Assembly: GCF_026571515.1 (NCBI RefSeq)
Contig: NW_026853591.1
Coordinates: 62,001-126,000 of the forward strand
From: Ruditapes philippinarum
Taxonomy: Eukaryota
Length of the DNA stretch: 64,000 nt
Direction of reading: 5' to 3'
The first letter of the stretch is position 1. Each line of letters begins with the position of its first letter. Below, piece by piece: positions 52,409 to 64,000 of the stretch. A program made the position numbers and the translations under genes. The notes under the pieces are model-generated. The model had not been told where the DNA came from and ran no database searches. It saw only the letters and a program-made list of their open reading frames with translations.

Positions 52409-53030
52409 TATACAAGCAATATATTGTATATGTTTTGTTTATAATTTTTTATTTTTTAGCTAAAACTGATTTAATTAAACAGACACATACAAACTCGAAA
52501 ATGAAATGACTGTGCAATCAGTTGATTTACTTTTAAGATAACTGCGGTCTAAGATATCATACAACAAATAAAGTTTGTACATGTATATATTGAAACGATT
52601 CTCACTGGAGACCCAGAAACCAGCGAGACGTAAAATTTGGAAATGAATATTTCATTGCACTTGTGTCCAATAAGTGCTGATATAAATCGACATGTGGCGA
52701 GGATAAAGTTTGTCTGATAACATTTAAAGCTAATTACAGTCACTGTCCAATAAAGCACGACAAACTTGGACACTGTTTGACAAAACAGGGTTACGCTGTG
52801 GTTAATGTTGTAATTTCAAGCTAGTAGCAAGACGCTATGTGACCATTGTGATTGTTAATGTGATATTTAAACACAAACGTTTTAAAAGTGGAATGACCTC
52901 GTTGTTTTTTGGCTTCAAAGAACATGACTTTTGATCCGACAATACAAATGTTGCTTAGTGTAGGCACACAATTTGTCTCAATAATTAACCACGTGTAATT
53001 TATATGCAAAACAAATTTCTTCACACATCA
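51600..53030 (-). pseudogene. Decayed class A GPCR (FMRFamide-receptor-like) TM1-TM6 relic, copy B
   Basis: TM1 'TWLIIETNCVPTLSNICIVGSKVMFF' (ORF 52821-53024). TM3/TM4 'FVVLYWTVTVISFKCY...FYVSLVSGSP' (ORF 52549-52773). TM5 'VDMALQSYIL/ITI**ILNDSFISYLNKY'. TM6 'EIQMF/MLVG*...LFTYHPY..VR'. Confidence 0.65.
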
Positions 53031-53384
53031 GATGTATGTCATTAGATTTATTAGGATAATTCTATGTACGTCATTAATATTTACCTCACCTCATGTTTTT
53101 TTTTCAATGGTTATGTGTTTCGTAGAATAAAATTATTCGATAAAGATTACATTGACCTAATTGTTAAAGTGTAACAATTACATGTTAAGTGTAAGCTTTT
53201 TTTCAAAACTGAAGCTTGCAGAAAGTATACTTACCTGGAATGACAGGAATTTGTTACACTGAAGGTTGCATAGGACCATATCTTCAGATTATTTTCATTC
53301 TTAAGCTAAACATTATTTGCATGCTAAGTTTTAACATAATTTATTCTTGTTCAATTGTGTAAGAAACTATAAGCTAATACTAAC

Positions 53385-53545
53385 CTCTCAAATCCGTTTC
53401 TGGTACCAGCCAGAAAGAAGCACCAGTGTACAGTTTCTTGCTCAAAAATCAGTTTGAAACCTTGCCCAAAGAATCAGTTTGAAACCTCGCGAATAATTTT
53501 CCTTAGAATACAAGTCCGACGCGTAAATGATTAGGCCATTCCACT
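53385..53545 (-). mobile_element. SINE family B, diverged copy
   Basis: 'aatccgtttctggtaccagccag...agtttcttgctcaa' matches the 58833 and 43870 copies. Confidence 0.65.
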
Positions 53546-54399
53546 TCTTTAAGTTCATACTAAAATTAAGTTCTGCTGTCGTTTACGAACAGACTAAATC
53601 AAACAGAGAAAAGGGAAGTCCAAAAGAACGTACCAAAATTGCTTTTGTTGCAGGCTTGATTTGATTGAGCCTATGCTGCTAACCGAGCTTGCGACATGTT
53701 CAGTTTGGCGGCCATTAATATTTACACTTTGGCATCACCTGTTGTTATTTCGATATAGTATTTTGTTAACATTTAATTTATTGATTTGTTGACATTAATT
53801 AATCAATATAATTAAAAACTAGTTGCTACAACTTAAACATGAAAAAAAATTATTCTTTTTTCTTTACAGTGGCTGCATTTTCTGACAATACGACTAACAC
53901 TTAATGTGTGTTGATTTATTTATATAAATATCGCTTTCTTACTGATTAATGCAACATCAATGCAAATAAATGTATATTATCCAACATCATTATGAGTATA
54001 TCTCGTATAAAGTGATCAAATCAGAATAACGAACAAAGGTAAAAATACTTCAATACCTCGTTGTATGCATATTATATGGACTTTAAAAAAAAAACAACAT
54101 TTATTTAAAAACCCACACTTAATATATGGAATCTTTTATTTTACTGATTATTTTTTTATATCTGTTTCCTCCTAAAACATATTAAAAGTTAGAAAATAAT
54201 TAATATCTTGCATTGTTATTCATGCTTGCGCGGTAGTGGCTGAATACTTAATATTTATGTTAATTATTTAGCGGATATTCTAATGTTAGGAATTTCATTG
54301 GTTCTCATATATGTTTAACACTTATCTCCGTATAAATTACATGAACTTTAAATCAGATTTATTTTCTTACATAACAGTAACAACCATATTGTAAGAATG

Positions 54400-54730
54400 A
54401 TAACAATTATAATATTCTACTTGATTGATCACGGTTCGAAGTCTGCTAATTAGTTATGATTATAACATATAATGCGTCACTTATTTATTAACGTCTACAA
54501 AATATTTACGGTATCTTTCTGTTAAAAGCTGTAGACATTTTGATATTATTGTTCACACAAAAATCTTTCCGTTGTTATTATTAATGTTATCAGAAATTTG
54601 TCTACAGTAATTCCGGCAGTAGTTTGAAAACTTCCTATCAATAATTCATCGGTGCAACATCTTGTTACTTGAGTTGATCAGTCAGTCCTTATGTTTCTTT
54701 CCGATATTTGGATTTCTGATGTCATTTATA
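54400..54730 (-). pseudogene. Decayed class A GPCR TM3 relic (paralog 57580-57910)
   Basis: The minus strand reads 'SFQTTAGITVDKFLITL' (cf. T..ITVDRFL). The block 'atgttatcagaa.ttgtct...tccggcagtagttt' is duplicated at 57768. Confidence 0.45.
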
Positions 54731-55779
54731 AGCTATATAATATGTATACAATCTACTTGCTGGATTTAAAAAATGATGTGACGGCAATTGACGAAAAGCC
54801 AATAGATAGTTTTTTTTTCTGTTTTAGGTTCAATCTAAAGTTACAATCTAAATTTTTTTAAATAAATAATAAGTCTAATTGTGATTGCAAATGATCATAA
54901 TTTAGACAGAACGATAAAAAAGCTAATACAATATTATTAGCTTATTTATGCCTTAACGATTTATCTGATATAGATTTTCATTTCCCTAAATAAGCTATTT
55001 ATATTAATAAATTGTTAAATTACATAGTGTAAAAAATAAAAACCCAATAGGGCAATATGTTTGCTGTATTGATTACTTTCAAAATAAATAAATCAAGCGT
55101 ATTTACCGGAAACAAACTATAACACAATCATGTACTGATTTGTTTTGTTAAATGTTTTTTTACACTGAAACGCTTTCTACAGGATACATTCACTGTCGCA
55201 ATAAAACTATATAACTTAATTTCTTGCCTGAAACTCTTCACATATAGAAACAAATGACAAGTTAGTCGATTACTTGTTTATTTCTTTAGTCTGGAACCTA
55301 TGTTGTCTTAATTTTAATTTGTTTTGCTTCGCTAAAATACATATTTGGTTACATCAGAAAAAAACCACTTTCAAATTAAGTCTCAAAATTGAAAAGATAA
55401 TGTTATCGTCTACACAAGTCAAAATATGGCAATGAATTTATTCTGAGTTTTCTAAGATGCAATTCACCTTCCACATCATAGAGATATGCTTTACGTGGTG
55501 TTTATCGTAAATTTGACTTTGACTATGTTCTGATGCTAGGCTATTTTAACCGCGAAATATTAAATTCTACAAAGAAAAGAATTTTACAACGATGATGAAA
55601 TGGTATTAAGCCATAAAAATGATCAATATGATGTGTTTTTAGAACTCATTTGTGCTAGGCTTTCCATGTTCTTTAAGATAAAAATCACAATATTTTTGGA
55701 TAAAATAATATTATATTAAATGAGCTTTGGGGTGAATACTTAAGTTTCTATCTTTATCAAGTACTTATATCTGCACTTC

Positions 55780-56010
55780 AGAACTTTGTTGATCATAAAC
55801 TATAGAGGACCATATAAAACAATGTCTATAAAATGATCGCATTTTCCTCCCCGAAATGCCTATGCTATTGCTTAACGTGTATTAGCTATAAAGAAACATC
55901 CCTTGTGTAATTCTAAACTGTAGTTTGTTTTCTAAATTTATCTCAAACAGTTTCTACATTATCTTGGGACCTAGACGCAAAGAAAGAATCGGTAACTATG
56001 GTAACAAGAT
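55780..56010 (+). pseudogene. Decayed class A GPCR TM3-TM4 relic
   Basis: Reads 'AIA*RVLAIKKHPLCNSKL', then 'TVSTLSW'. Confidence 0.45.
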
Positions 56011-56819
56011 AATGCAATTTAACATGGTTGTGTTGTTGTAATCTCACAGGAATATAACAAATAAACACAATCAATTGATATCCAAAAAACGAATTACTTT
56101 AATATATGTTTAACGTATATACCGAAGACAAACCTAACCATTTAAACAATATACTTATGCATTTGTTAAAAATAAGATAACGTAAGCCCAACAGGATTTT
56201 ATTTAATGGCTTTGTGGAGAATTATCCAGATTAAATACAAAAGGCTATTCAAAATTTATAAAATGTCACAGATTTAAAATTCCACTTGTCAAGGTCTATC
56301 AATAAAAGAAACTTTTCTATCTTTAAAGTGCCTGTATGTTTTCCTAAAAACGAACCAAAATATTATGTGAGTAAATTGATTGGTTTTAACATATTTCATT
56401 TCTAAGAATATATATACATGTTATCATTTACAATATACACACAGCAGTTCAAATATTCTTAAAAACAGGAATGAAAGACAACGTGTCATATGGCTTTCTT
56501 TTCCTTTGTGAGTAATTGACATATAGGCGCTTAAATCAAAAACTATTAAATAATCTTAGACAAATATAATACAAAACAAAAATCATGAGTTTATATAAGA
56601 AAAAAACAACAACACAGAATCTGATTGTATTTAAATGCTTCAAGAAACATAGTATACTTTCCATCGAAAACATTTGAATAAATATATTATTGGTTCGAAT
56701 AAACATTAATAAACATTAATATTAATATAAACATACAAAAAAGGATACTATTTGAAAAGAACACATGAAGCTGAAAAGGTGGTGAAGAAGGGAAACAAAT
56801 AATAATGAGGTGTCTCGCG

Positions 56820-57300
56820 TATACAAATATGATGATTAAATGATTGGGTGTTAAATGAATCGATGTAAATATGTACATGTGAAAGGTGTCTGTCATCAAT
56901 TTGGGTTGCCTAGAATTAGAGCATTTAAATCAATGTAGTCAATGGCAACATTATTCAAATTGCGAAATATTTTTTGTCGAGCTGTATCAAATTGTGAACA
57001 CTCGAAGAAATAAAAGTTTTTTTTCTATTTGGCCACAACGGCATAAAGGCGATGCAGTTGTGTTTTCATAAAACAAAAGTTTGAAGTATTGTATGAAGAA
57101 TTTGAAGTTTCATTTCACTAGAAAAAATAATAGTTTAGTATGTGCCGTTTATTTTTCTTAAATTTGTGTTTGTTGGAAGGTTGCAGACATCGTGTGGAAG
57201 ATAATTCAATTCCCTTACTGCAGTCGGAAAAATGACTTAAAATAAAGTGTTGTTTTGGCACATTTACCAGAAATCTGTATTACTTATTAATGAATTGATT
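56820..57300 (-). mobile_element. CR1/L2-type LINE, decayed 3' end of ORF2
   Basis: The minus strand reads 'KSFF/TAVRELNYLPHDVCNLP', 'KLQILHTIL' and 'ASPLCRCGQIEKNFYFFECSQFDTARQKIFRNL...LNALILGNPN', the typical CR1/L2 ORF2 C-terminus. Confidence 0.8.
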
Positions 57301-57579
57301 TATATAATTACTACAATCTTACTGATTGAAACAAATCGACCTAACTTGAAAATTCATATTCGCTATACGAGTTTTTCTACCAACCTATTGCATTTTTGTT
57401 TTTAAATAATAATCGTTTAACTATAAATTGATAATGTTAATGTTATCAATGCCATTTGTTCTTATATAGGTCTGCCACTTGAGTCCGTTATGTTAATAAC
57501 TTAATGAAATGTAAATCAGATTTAACTTTAATATTACCTGAAACAAAATTTAAAAAAAATGATAACACTTTATTGTACT

Positions 57580-57910
57580 TGATCACGGTCCAATGTCTTT
57601 TAATTTATAATGGCTAATATATTGCTATGTCATAGCATGTGACGCGGTACTTCTATTTTAAATAGACGTGACTCAAAAATCAAAAAGTCAATGAGGGTTT
57701 TGCGTAATAAGGTATTATAGACAATATAATTGCTTTCAGTAAAAAATGTTCCTAATAATAATATCAATGTTATCAGAATTTGTCTGAAGTGAATCCGGCA
57801 GTAGTTTAAAAAAAAACTTTATCTATAATTCATCTATGCAGCATCTTGTTACTTGATCGGACCAGTTGTAATGGTGTTCCGATATTCGGATTTAAGATAT
57901 CATTTATGAG
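57580..57910 (-). pseudogene. Decayed class A GPCR TM3 relic (paralog of 54400-54730)
   Basis: Reads 'TTAGFTSDKF*'. Confidence 0.4.
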
Positions 57911-58029
57911 TCAAACTACCATATACATGTAATATATTCTGCATGTTAAAATGCCACAATGAAGGTTCCATACTATCCGCTGTATGAACACATTTATTGA
58001 AGTATCAAAATTCCACCATTTTCATGTTG

Positions 58030-58830
58030 TTTTGTTTTGCTTAGGCCTGTGCTGGTTAGGGTAGTTGCTGCAAGCAATTAGCAATCAGACCGTACCTGAC
58101 TCTTTTTCAATTTTACAGTTTTGAACGTTATATAAGGCATCAGTTTCTCTATTTAATTGCTGGATTTTGAAGAAGATCTTATTTACAAAATGTCGGTTAC
58201 GAACTACATATTTTCTTTCATGTGTATTTTTGTAAAAAAAAGTAAATTATTGAAAAACCATATGTGCAGGTCTGCAATGTTCGTATCAGATTTCTTATCG
58301 ATTTAACCAATATCACTGTCCTTTATTTTAAATGTCTGGCCAAACAGCCGAAAATAGATAATTACATATATTATATTGCAAAAACCTCTTGTGTTCATAC
58401 TTAGACAATATTGCTTGCATTTAATATACCGAGTTTATTGTAAAAAACTTCACATTTCTATCAGTGCGATACGACGTAATTCATTGTCATCATATGTAAC
58501 TGATTTTTTTATGGTAGTGAAGGATTGTAATTCTTACAGAGTCAAGTGCTATGGTCTGTTTTACAGCTGTTAAATGCTGCGCCGTACTCTCAATGATATA
58601 TTATTTCTGATCCTCCGGCATCATTGATTACAACAGATTATAATTTGGAAGATTGAATGCTTGGGGCGCGAGACTTACTGCACCTTCCATTATCTATCTA
58701 AATAAAACCGTCTGTAATTTTCACCTTTTGGATTTGATTGGTTTTTTTTCTTAACTATCATAAACGTAGTTTTCTATTTATAATAAGTATTTGAATTGCT
58801 TTGGTTTATACAAAATTTATTTAAGTTCGA
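58030..58830 (+). pseudogene. Decayed class A GPCR relic (TM2-TM5)
   Basis: TM2 'KQLAI/D', TM3 'KMSVTNYIF', ECL2 'NVWPNS', TM5 'KPLVFILRQYCLHLIYRVY' (ORF 58376-58573). Confidence 0.4.
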
Positions 58831-58832
58831 TT

Positions 58833-58985
58833 GTGTAGGAAGCTATAAGCTTATAGATACACTTTCGAATCCGTTACTGGAACCAACCAGTACTGAGCAA
58901 TGAGTGTAAAATTTCTTGCTCAAGAAACAACGACTTGCCCCTGACGGGGTTTGAACCCATACGCTAGCGATCATTAGATTACTGA
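58833..58985 (-). mobile_element. CORE-type tRNA-SINE family B, 5'-truncated
   Basis: B box GGTTCAAACCC on the minus strand; 'aaccagtactgagcaatgagtgtaaaatttcttgctcaag'. Confidence 0.85.
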
Positions 58986-58999
58986 ATAGCTTTAAAAGT

Positions 59000-60600
59000 G
59001 ATTATTGAATTATTTTCCCGATATCTTTTACAATAACAAACATTACACAATTCAAAAGAGTAAAATATGAAATCTATTGAACATAGTAGCAAACTGTTTG
59101 TTAATATCAATTTTGATTTCGAAAACTAAAAATTTAGTCTGAAAAATACTATGTTTAATTTGCCTGGTTGAGAGCTGCTTTGTTTCTGAGAAAGTTTCTT
59201 CTCAGCAATACTTTATTCAAGACAAAGAAACAATAAAAATCAATTATATTTCAAGTTAGCTGATAAATGTCAAAATTTATTTGACCTCCATTTATAACAA
59301 TTGCATTTATGCCCACCAGAAGCGGGTTAAGGGTTCTCTAGAGGAACTTAACAGATAAAACAGGTAATAAACTGCACTGTTTAGTTTTAGAACCTGATAT
59401 TTGGATGAATGTGTTATCAGATATTTGCTCCGTGGAATCAATATTTAAACGTTAAAAGTTATTCGTATATTATAGCAAATTGAAACACAACTGCCTTTCA
59501 TGATTGAGAAGAAAAGGTTCGTGCTATCAAATGCAACTTTTAAATGTCACGTTTAAATAAGACTCGAAAACCTTTTATAATTTTAGCAAAATCTTTTTAT
59601 TACTATGTTTATGACACCTTCACATATATCAATTTCGTAAACCCCCCTAAGCTGTTATGTATCCAATAGTCTAGAACAAAAACACACATTCTGACTTTTA
59701 AAAGGATTTGTCAACATTATTACAAATAAAAGAATGTTTTTAATCAATTTGATGATAATCATCTTTGATTATCACTATATTCTTCTATTTTCAACCGGCC
59801 GTTTTCAGAATCAGTTTACCAATGTGATATGTAGTTTGATGGAAACATTGAACATTGTTACTTATTTACATTCATTTTAAGTAAGTTGCTTTACATTATA
59901 AAATGGTTTAATCTGATTTTTCTATGAAAATAATTTCTAAATAATAATTGCATATTGTCAGATGTCGTTCTTCGTCATTGTGCATACACATTCAGTTAAG
60001 ACAAACTTGCATACCATACCATGTTGGTTTTAAACCATTGTACCGTCACAGTGTATGCTTTCGTTACCATATTAGACAGTATTCGTTGCTGTGATTTGCA
60101 TTTATACGAGATAATACAGCTTGTTTTCTGACAATGTTAATAATGAGCTAAAGTATAACTTACTGTTTGCAGACAAATTAAGAATTCTGTGTCTAAGTTT
60201 GACTTTAAAATATGACATGAACTGAACACATCTATACTGTAAGAGTTGTCTAAAGAACACCTCAACGGACACATTTTCGAATTCCTGCTTTAAATTGTTA
60301 GGACGCATTGTCCGTATCTTGCCATTAACAAAATACGTGTATGGGGAAAGCGTTATATATTTCTTCTACCTAAAGCATTTATTGAAATATGTTGTTCACT
60401 TAAACAAACGCCTTTAATTCGTCACATTATTGCAAATACTCGTTCACTCCTCTCGCAGTATCATTAATTAACCCGTTACTGTACTATGGTTACGAAATGA
60501 AATATTTAGAGGATCTTGATCATCCATTTGTATCCCGATTTAAAAAAAATCGGACAATGAATCGAGATAATCATACCGAGTCTACGTTATGATTTACAAA
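59000..60600 (-). pseudogene. Probable decayed LRR ectodomain (Toll-like receptor-like)
   Basis: ORF 60102-60308 reads 'KLRHRILNLSANSKLYFSSLLTLS'. Also 'YLDSLSDFF*IGIQMDD' (~60550), 'ESIHCDGT' (~60050) and 'LNKVLLRRNFL' (~59200). Confidence 0.4.
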
Positions 60601-61284
60601 CTATGACCATTTGACACATCCGTGCGTTGCTTGTATAATGGGACCGAGTTCTGCTTTTTCGTTTTTAACATAACAGGATTGGAAATCAAATTTGTGAGCT
60701 ATGTGTATAATATGATGTAAGTGTATAAGGCTCACTCATTTATTTTCAAAAATAATATCTTTTTATATGCAAGACGACATCGCAAAAACATTTGAGATTC
60801 ATATTAGACTTCCAACAGTTATGTAGAGGCACTTCTTTCCGACTTATATATCATATGTACTTATAATACTTTATAATAACTTTAATAAAATAGCTTCGCC
60901 TCTTCATATTGCTACAAGTCTACCAATATAGTCTTTTTTCTTAACTGTTAGCAGCAGATTAACTCTACAAAATTTACAATTTGAAAGAGAATACCAAGAT
61001 ATTATATTTTACTAAATATTGGTAGAGATATGAATTTTGAATTGCTTATAATACGTGTTTGCTGTATTTTATCTATAATTCCATGCAAGTGCACCGTGCA
61101 TATAATTATACTTGGAAATTAAATTAAGTACAATACATTGATAAACACAATGAAAATAATAATATCTTTAAAGAGGTTTAATGGGTCATTTTGATCACCA
61201 GCTGTTAAAATGTTTATCTAGTTCTTTGATAGCAGAACTACCTTGTCAATAGAGTCTAGCGGATCAAAAATCAATATCTGTCCG

Positions 61285-61470
61285 GTAATTGTATTTCCTT
61301 CCCGACAAGACTTTGTTATTGCTTAAAGTATATTAGCTATATACAAACATCCCTTGTGTATTTTCTAACCACTGTTTATTTTCAAAATTTATCTCAAACA
61401 GCTTCGACACCATCTTGGGACAAACACTCAAAAGAAAGCTGCGGTAACCATGGAAACCGAATAATGTTAT
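61285..61470 (+). pseudogene. Decayed class A GPCR TM3-TM4 relic
   Basis: Reads 'VIA*SILAIYKHPL'; paralog of 55780-56010. Confidence 0.45.
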
Positions 61471-61744
61471 ATTCCAAAGCTGTCTTGTTAAAATCGAATT
61501 TGACATTAACCGAATATTAAAATGTCCTTTAAAATACTAAACGGCATTTATTTTAAACACATAATTGTTATACATAATCATAAAATACAGAATCATAAAA
61601 TAATATAATTAGCAACTAAATGAGTTAATAATGCAATTTTAATCATAACATGATTAAAACTGAGCATCGGAAAATTTCCAGTTGTGGTACAGAGTGAATT
61701 TTCTCTGTACTGAAATTTGTATAAAATATGCATTAATGTACTAT

Positions 61745-61895
61745 AGCGTGTTAGGAACGCTAGCGCGTTGGCTCAAACTTCATCTGGGGAATTCCGTTGT
61801 TTTTTAGCAAGAAACTTAACACCCATTTCCCAGTAATTGATAGTACCAGGAACGGATTCGAGAATGAAGAATTAGATTATAATTTCCTACACAAT
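61745..61895 (+). mobile_element. SINE family B, diverged copy
   Basis: 'cgctagcgcgttggctcaaac...agcaagaaacttaacacccatttcccagta...ccaggaacggattcgag' is the sense version of the 58833 copy. Confidence 0.7.
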
Positions 61896-64000
61896 CATTT
61901 AACATGACCATTTCAAAGTGCAAGCGGAGCATGAGTGAGGTTGATATTTTTGTCATATACTATATTGTGGGAATAAAAAATTTGGGACTCTAGTAATAAT
62001 TAATATTGTTTGAATATATACCATTTTTATAAAGAATTATATCCAAATATTTTGTTGGCATGTTTAGAAATTATAATTTCATTGTATTACAATCAGTTCG
62101 TTTTTTTTCCTCAGATATGTATGTGCTTATTAAATTATATTATTTATGATGTTATAAAATTCAACGTCGACAATATTAGAATAATGCCGTCTAGGAAAGA
62201 TATGTTTCCGACAATGACACTAAAAGCCAGCACAAAACTTATAATTTTGCTTCATTGGTTCCAACAAAATTTGTTTCATTGGTTCCAACAAGTAAGTATC
62301 AGAAAAATTCTTGAACTCAAGTGGCAAATAACTTGACCTAACACGTCAATATTTTTTTTCCGAGATAAAGCAAATTCATCCATGAACTTGACTCAGTCAA
62401 AGAATATATGTTATTAATTTGATCAATCATCGTATAACTGTGTTATGATTTATACACCTAATATAATGTACGGATATCAAATAATTTAGGTTCATTATAT
62501 AAATATATAATTTCAAAGGACTTTGTTGGTTTACACAGACTATCATAATTATAGTCTGATCAGTAGCAGTACTCGTATATTTGAATACGTATTTTAAGTG
62601 CTAAAAAGAGGCTGCTTTGCGTGCTATTTGATATAAAAAGTATGAATTAAATAAATGAAATAAATGTTAATATTACACAAAGATCATATATCATTGTTTC
62701 TAATGTATTTGTTATTGTGAATATTGTTTCGTTTTGTATAAATATAATAGATAAATAATTATAATTTAAAGTAAGTAACTTATCTATGTCAGTGGAAACA
62801 GCGGTGTCATATATGATGAATGTTTTTGAAACTATCAATACAATAACTAACGTAAATTCCCATGGAATTCCCATGGTTGAAATATTCCATCCATCAGATA
62901 TAATCTTAACAGAAACTTTTCCCTATCTCTCCATTTTCAACTAGATAAGGTTTGTTGTCGTTAACAATAAATAATATTGATTTTAAATATTTCATCATTT
63001 TTATCGCATACATTTAGGATGTACCACCTGACAATTAAATTGCGAAAACTGTCTACTTAAAGTTTTGCTATTCCAGCAAGCCATTTTACCAGATCAATCA
63101 TCGCATGACCTAAAACAACGGCAAAATTAGTTGATGTAAAACAGTATAAACAAGAACAAACGGCACAATTTTATGCAACGAACCATTTAAGTTAATACAT
63201 TTGAAATGTGTATTAACCTTTCCAACGTTATATCTTTAAAATGATAGCATTATACTTAATAATTATACCAGAAAAATAATTGTTCAGTAAAGTTTTTGCT
63301 CACAGAATATTGACGGACATTCGTTGAATGTAAACGGACCGGTACTATAGTGCCAATGTTATTGCTCTAGGACGGGATGAATGATATTACAATCTACATG
63401 TCGAATGACGTCGTGAATTGCGACGCTACATATATACATATATATTTAAAGAATAAAATGTCACCAAATGTATGGACGTAAGCATATTGAAATGCCAATT
63501 GAATTTACATAATTATATAGACTTCGCTATGGAAGTCGCTATGCCTTTTTGCGTATTATGCGAACTTTTGAGAAACATCTCATATTTGTGTTATATCCGC
63601 GTAAAAACTACTTAGTAATTTCTTTCTACAGATCATACTTTTATAACATCATGAAATTGACACAAACAGTGGCAAATTCGTAATGTCTATTCAAACTCTA
63701 TCCGTTTACGAAGTTAAAATGTCAGTTTGAAAAAGAAATAACGTGAAGTATTTGAGCGGTTATCTCATTAGTTCTGAAACTACATAAAGTAAAAGATTTG
63801 TTAATTACCATCCGAAAAGACAGGTTTTTTTATACTTGAGATTCAATATTCGAATGATATATTCAAAATTAAAACACCTACAATTCAAAGGATTTCTAAT
63901 GCCATTATTTGTTTCCTTCAGTCATGTTTTTTTTCCAAAACGTAAAGTGATACAAACATAAAAATGAAATGCTTCAATGTCAATGGCCGTCACAAAAAAA

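Larger units (their letters stand above)
29220..53310. repeat. Tandem segmental duplication family 2: copy A ~29220-43330 (contains the DIRS element and a SINE), copy B ~44245-53310
   Basis: Continuous collinear similarity from 'ttttatattaaaa.taaaacataaa' (29269/44293) to 'agaaagtatacttacc.ggaatg' (43201/53220). Paired ORFs 38704/48634 and 30098/45718 overlap in sequence. Confidence 0.95.

Noticed and set aside
56687-56899. TM5-like 'YIFTSIHLTPNHLIIIFVYAR' as another GPCR relic
   Set aside because: It directly continues the CR1/L2 ORF2 C-terminus and 3' UTR.
62647-62874. Signal-peptide-like ORF MGIPWEFTLVIVLIVS followed by G|ATAAGT
   Set aside because: The donor would need a GT-to-AT mutation and no downstream exon was found; too weak to call.
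1-64000. CRISPR arrays, rRNA, true tRNA genes, prokaryotic operons
   Set aside because: None seen; the tRNA-like A/B boxes belong to SINE heads and the sequence is eukaryotic.

Overview
AT-rich eukaryotic genomic DNA, most likely from a bivalve mollusc (inferred from the SINE types and the style of the DIRS, TLR and GPCR remnants). I can support no intact host gene. (1) Most of the apparent intergenic DNA translates, with stops and frameshifts, into recognisable pieces of class A (rhodopsin-like) GPCRs. There are about 30 copies representing about 17 distinct relics, on both strands and from several subfamilies, mixed with three decayed Ig-domain exons and a probable TLR/LRR remnant. (2) The relics were amplified in two local tandem duplications after they were already disabled, since paralogous copies share stop codons. 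One has three copies within about 4.3-25.4 kb, the other has two copies at about 29.2-43.3 and 44.2-53.3 kb. (3) A full-length ~5.75 kb tyrosine-recombinase retrotransposon lies at 31.7-37.4 kb (DIRS order, PAT-like: gag, RT/RNase H/MT, YR, split direct repeats A1-B1-A2-B2). It has a spliceosomal intron in gag and a splice acceptor in front of the YR ORF. (4) Non-autonomous elements include a 1.2 kb foldback with CACGGTG termini and a 5-bp TSD carrying a nested TTAA element, a second TTAA element, a hairpin element in an (AAT)n tract, two tRNA-SINE families and a CR1/L2 LINE 3' fragment. Several stretches look like unpolished long-read consensus. All protein assignments come from manual translation and motif recognition, not database searches, and relic coordinates are approximate.
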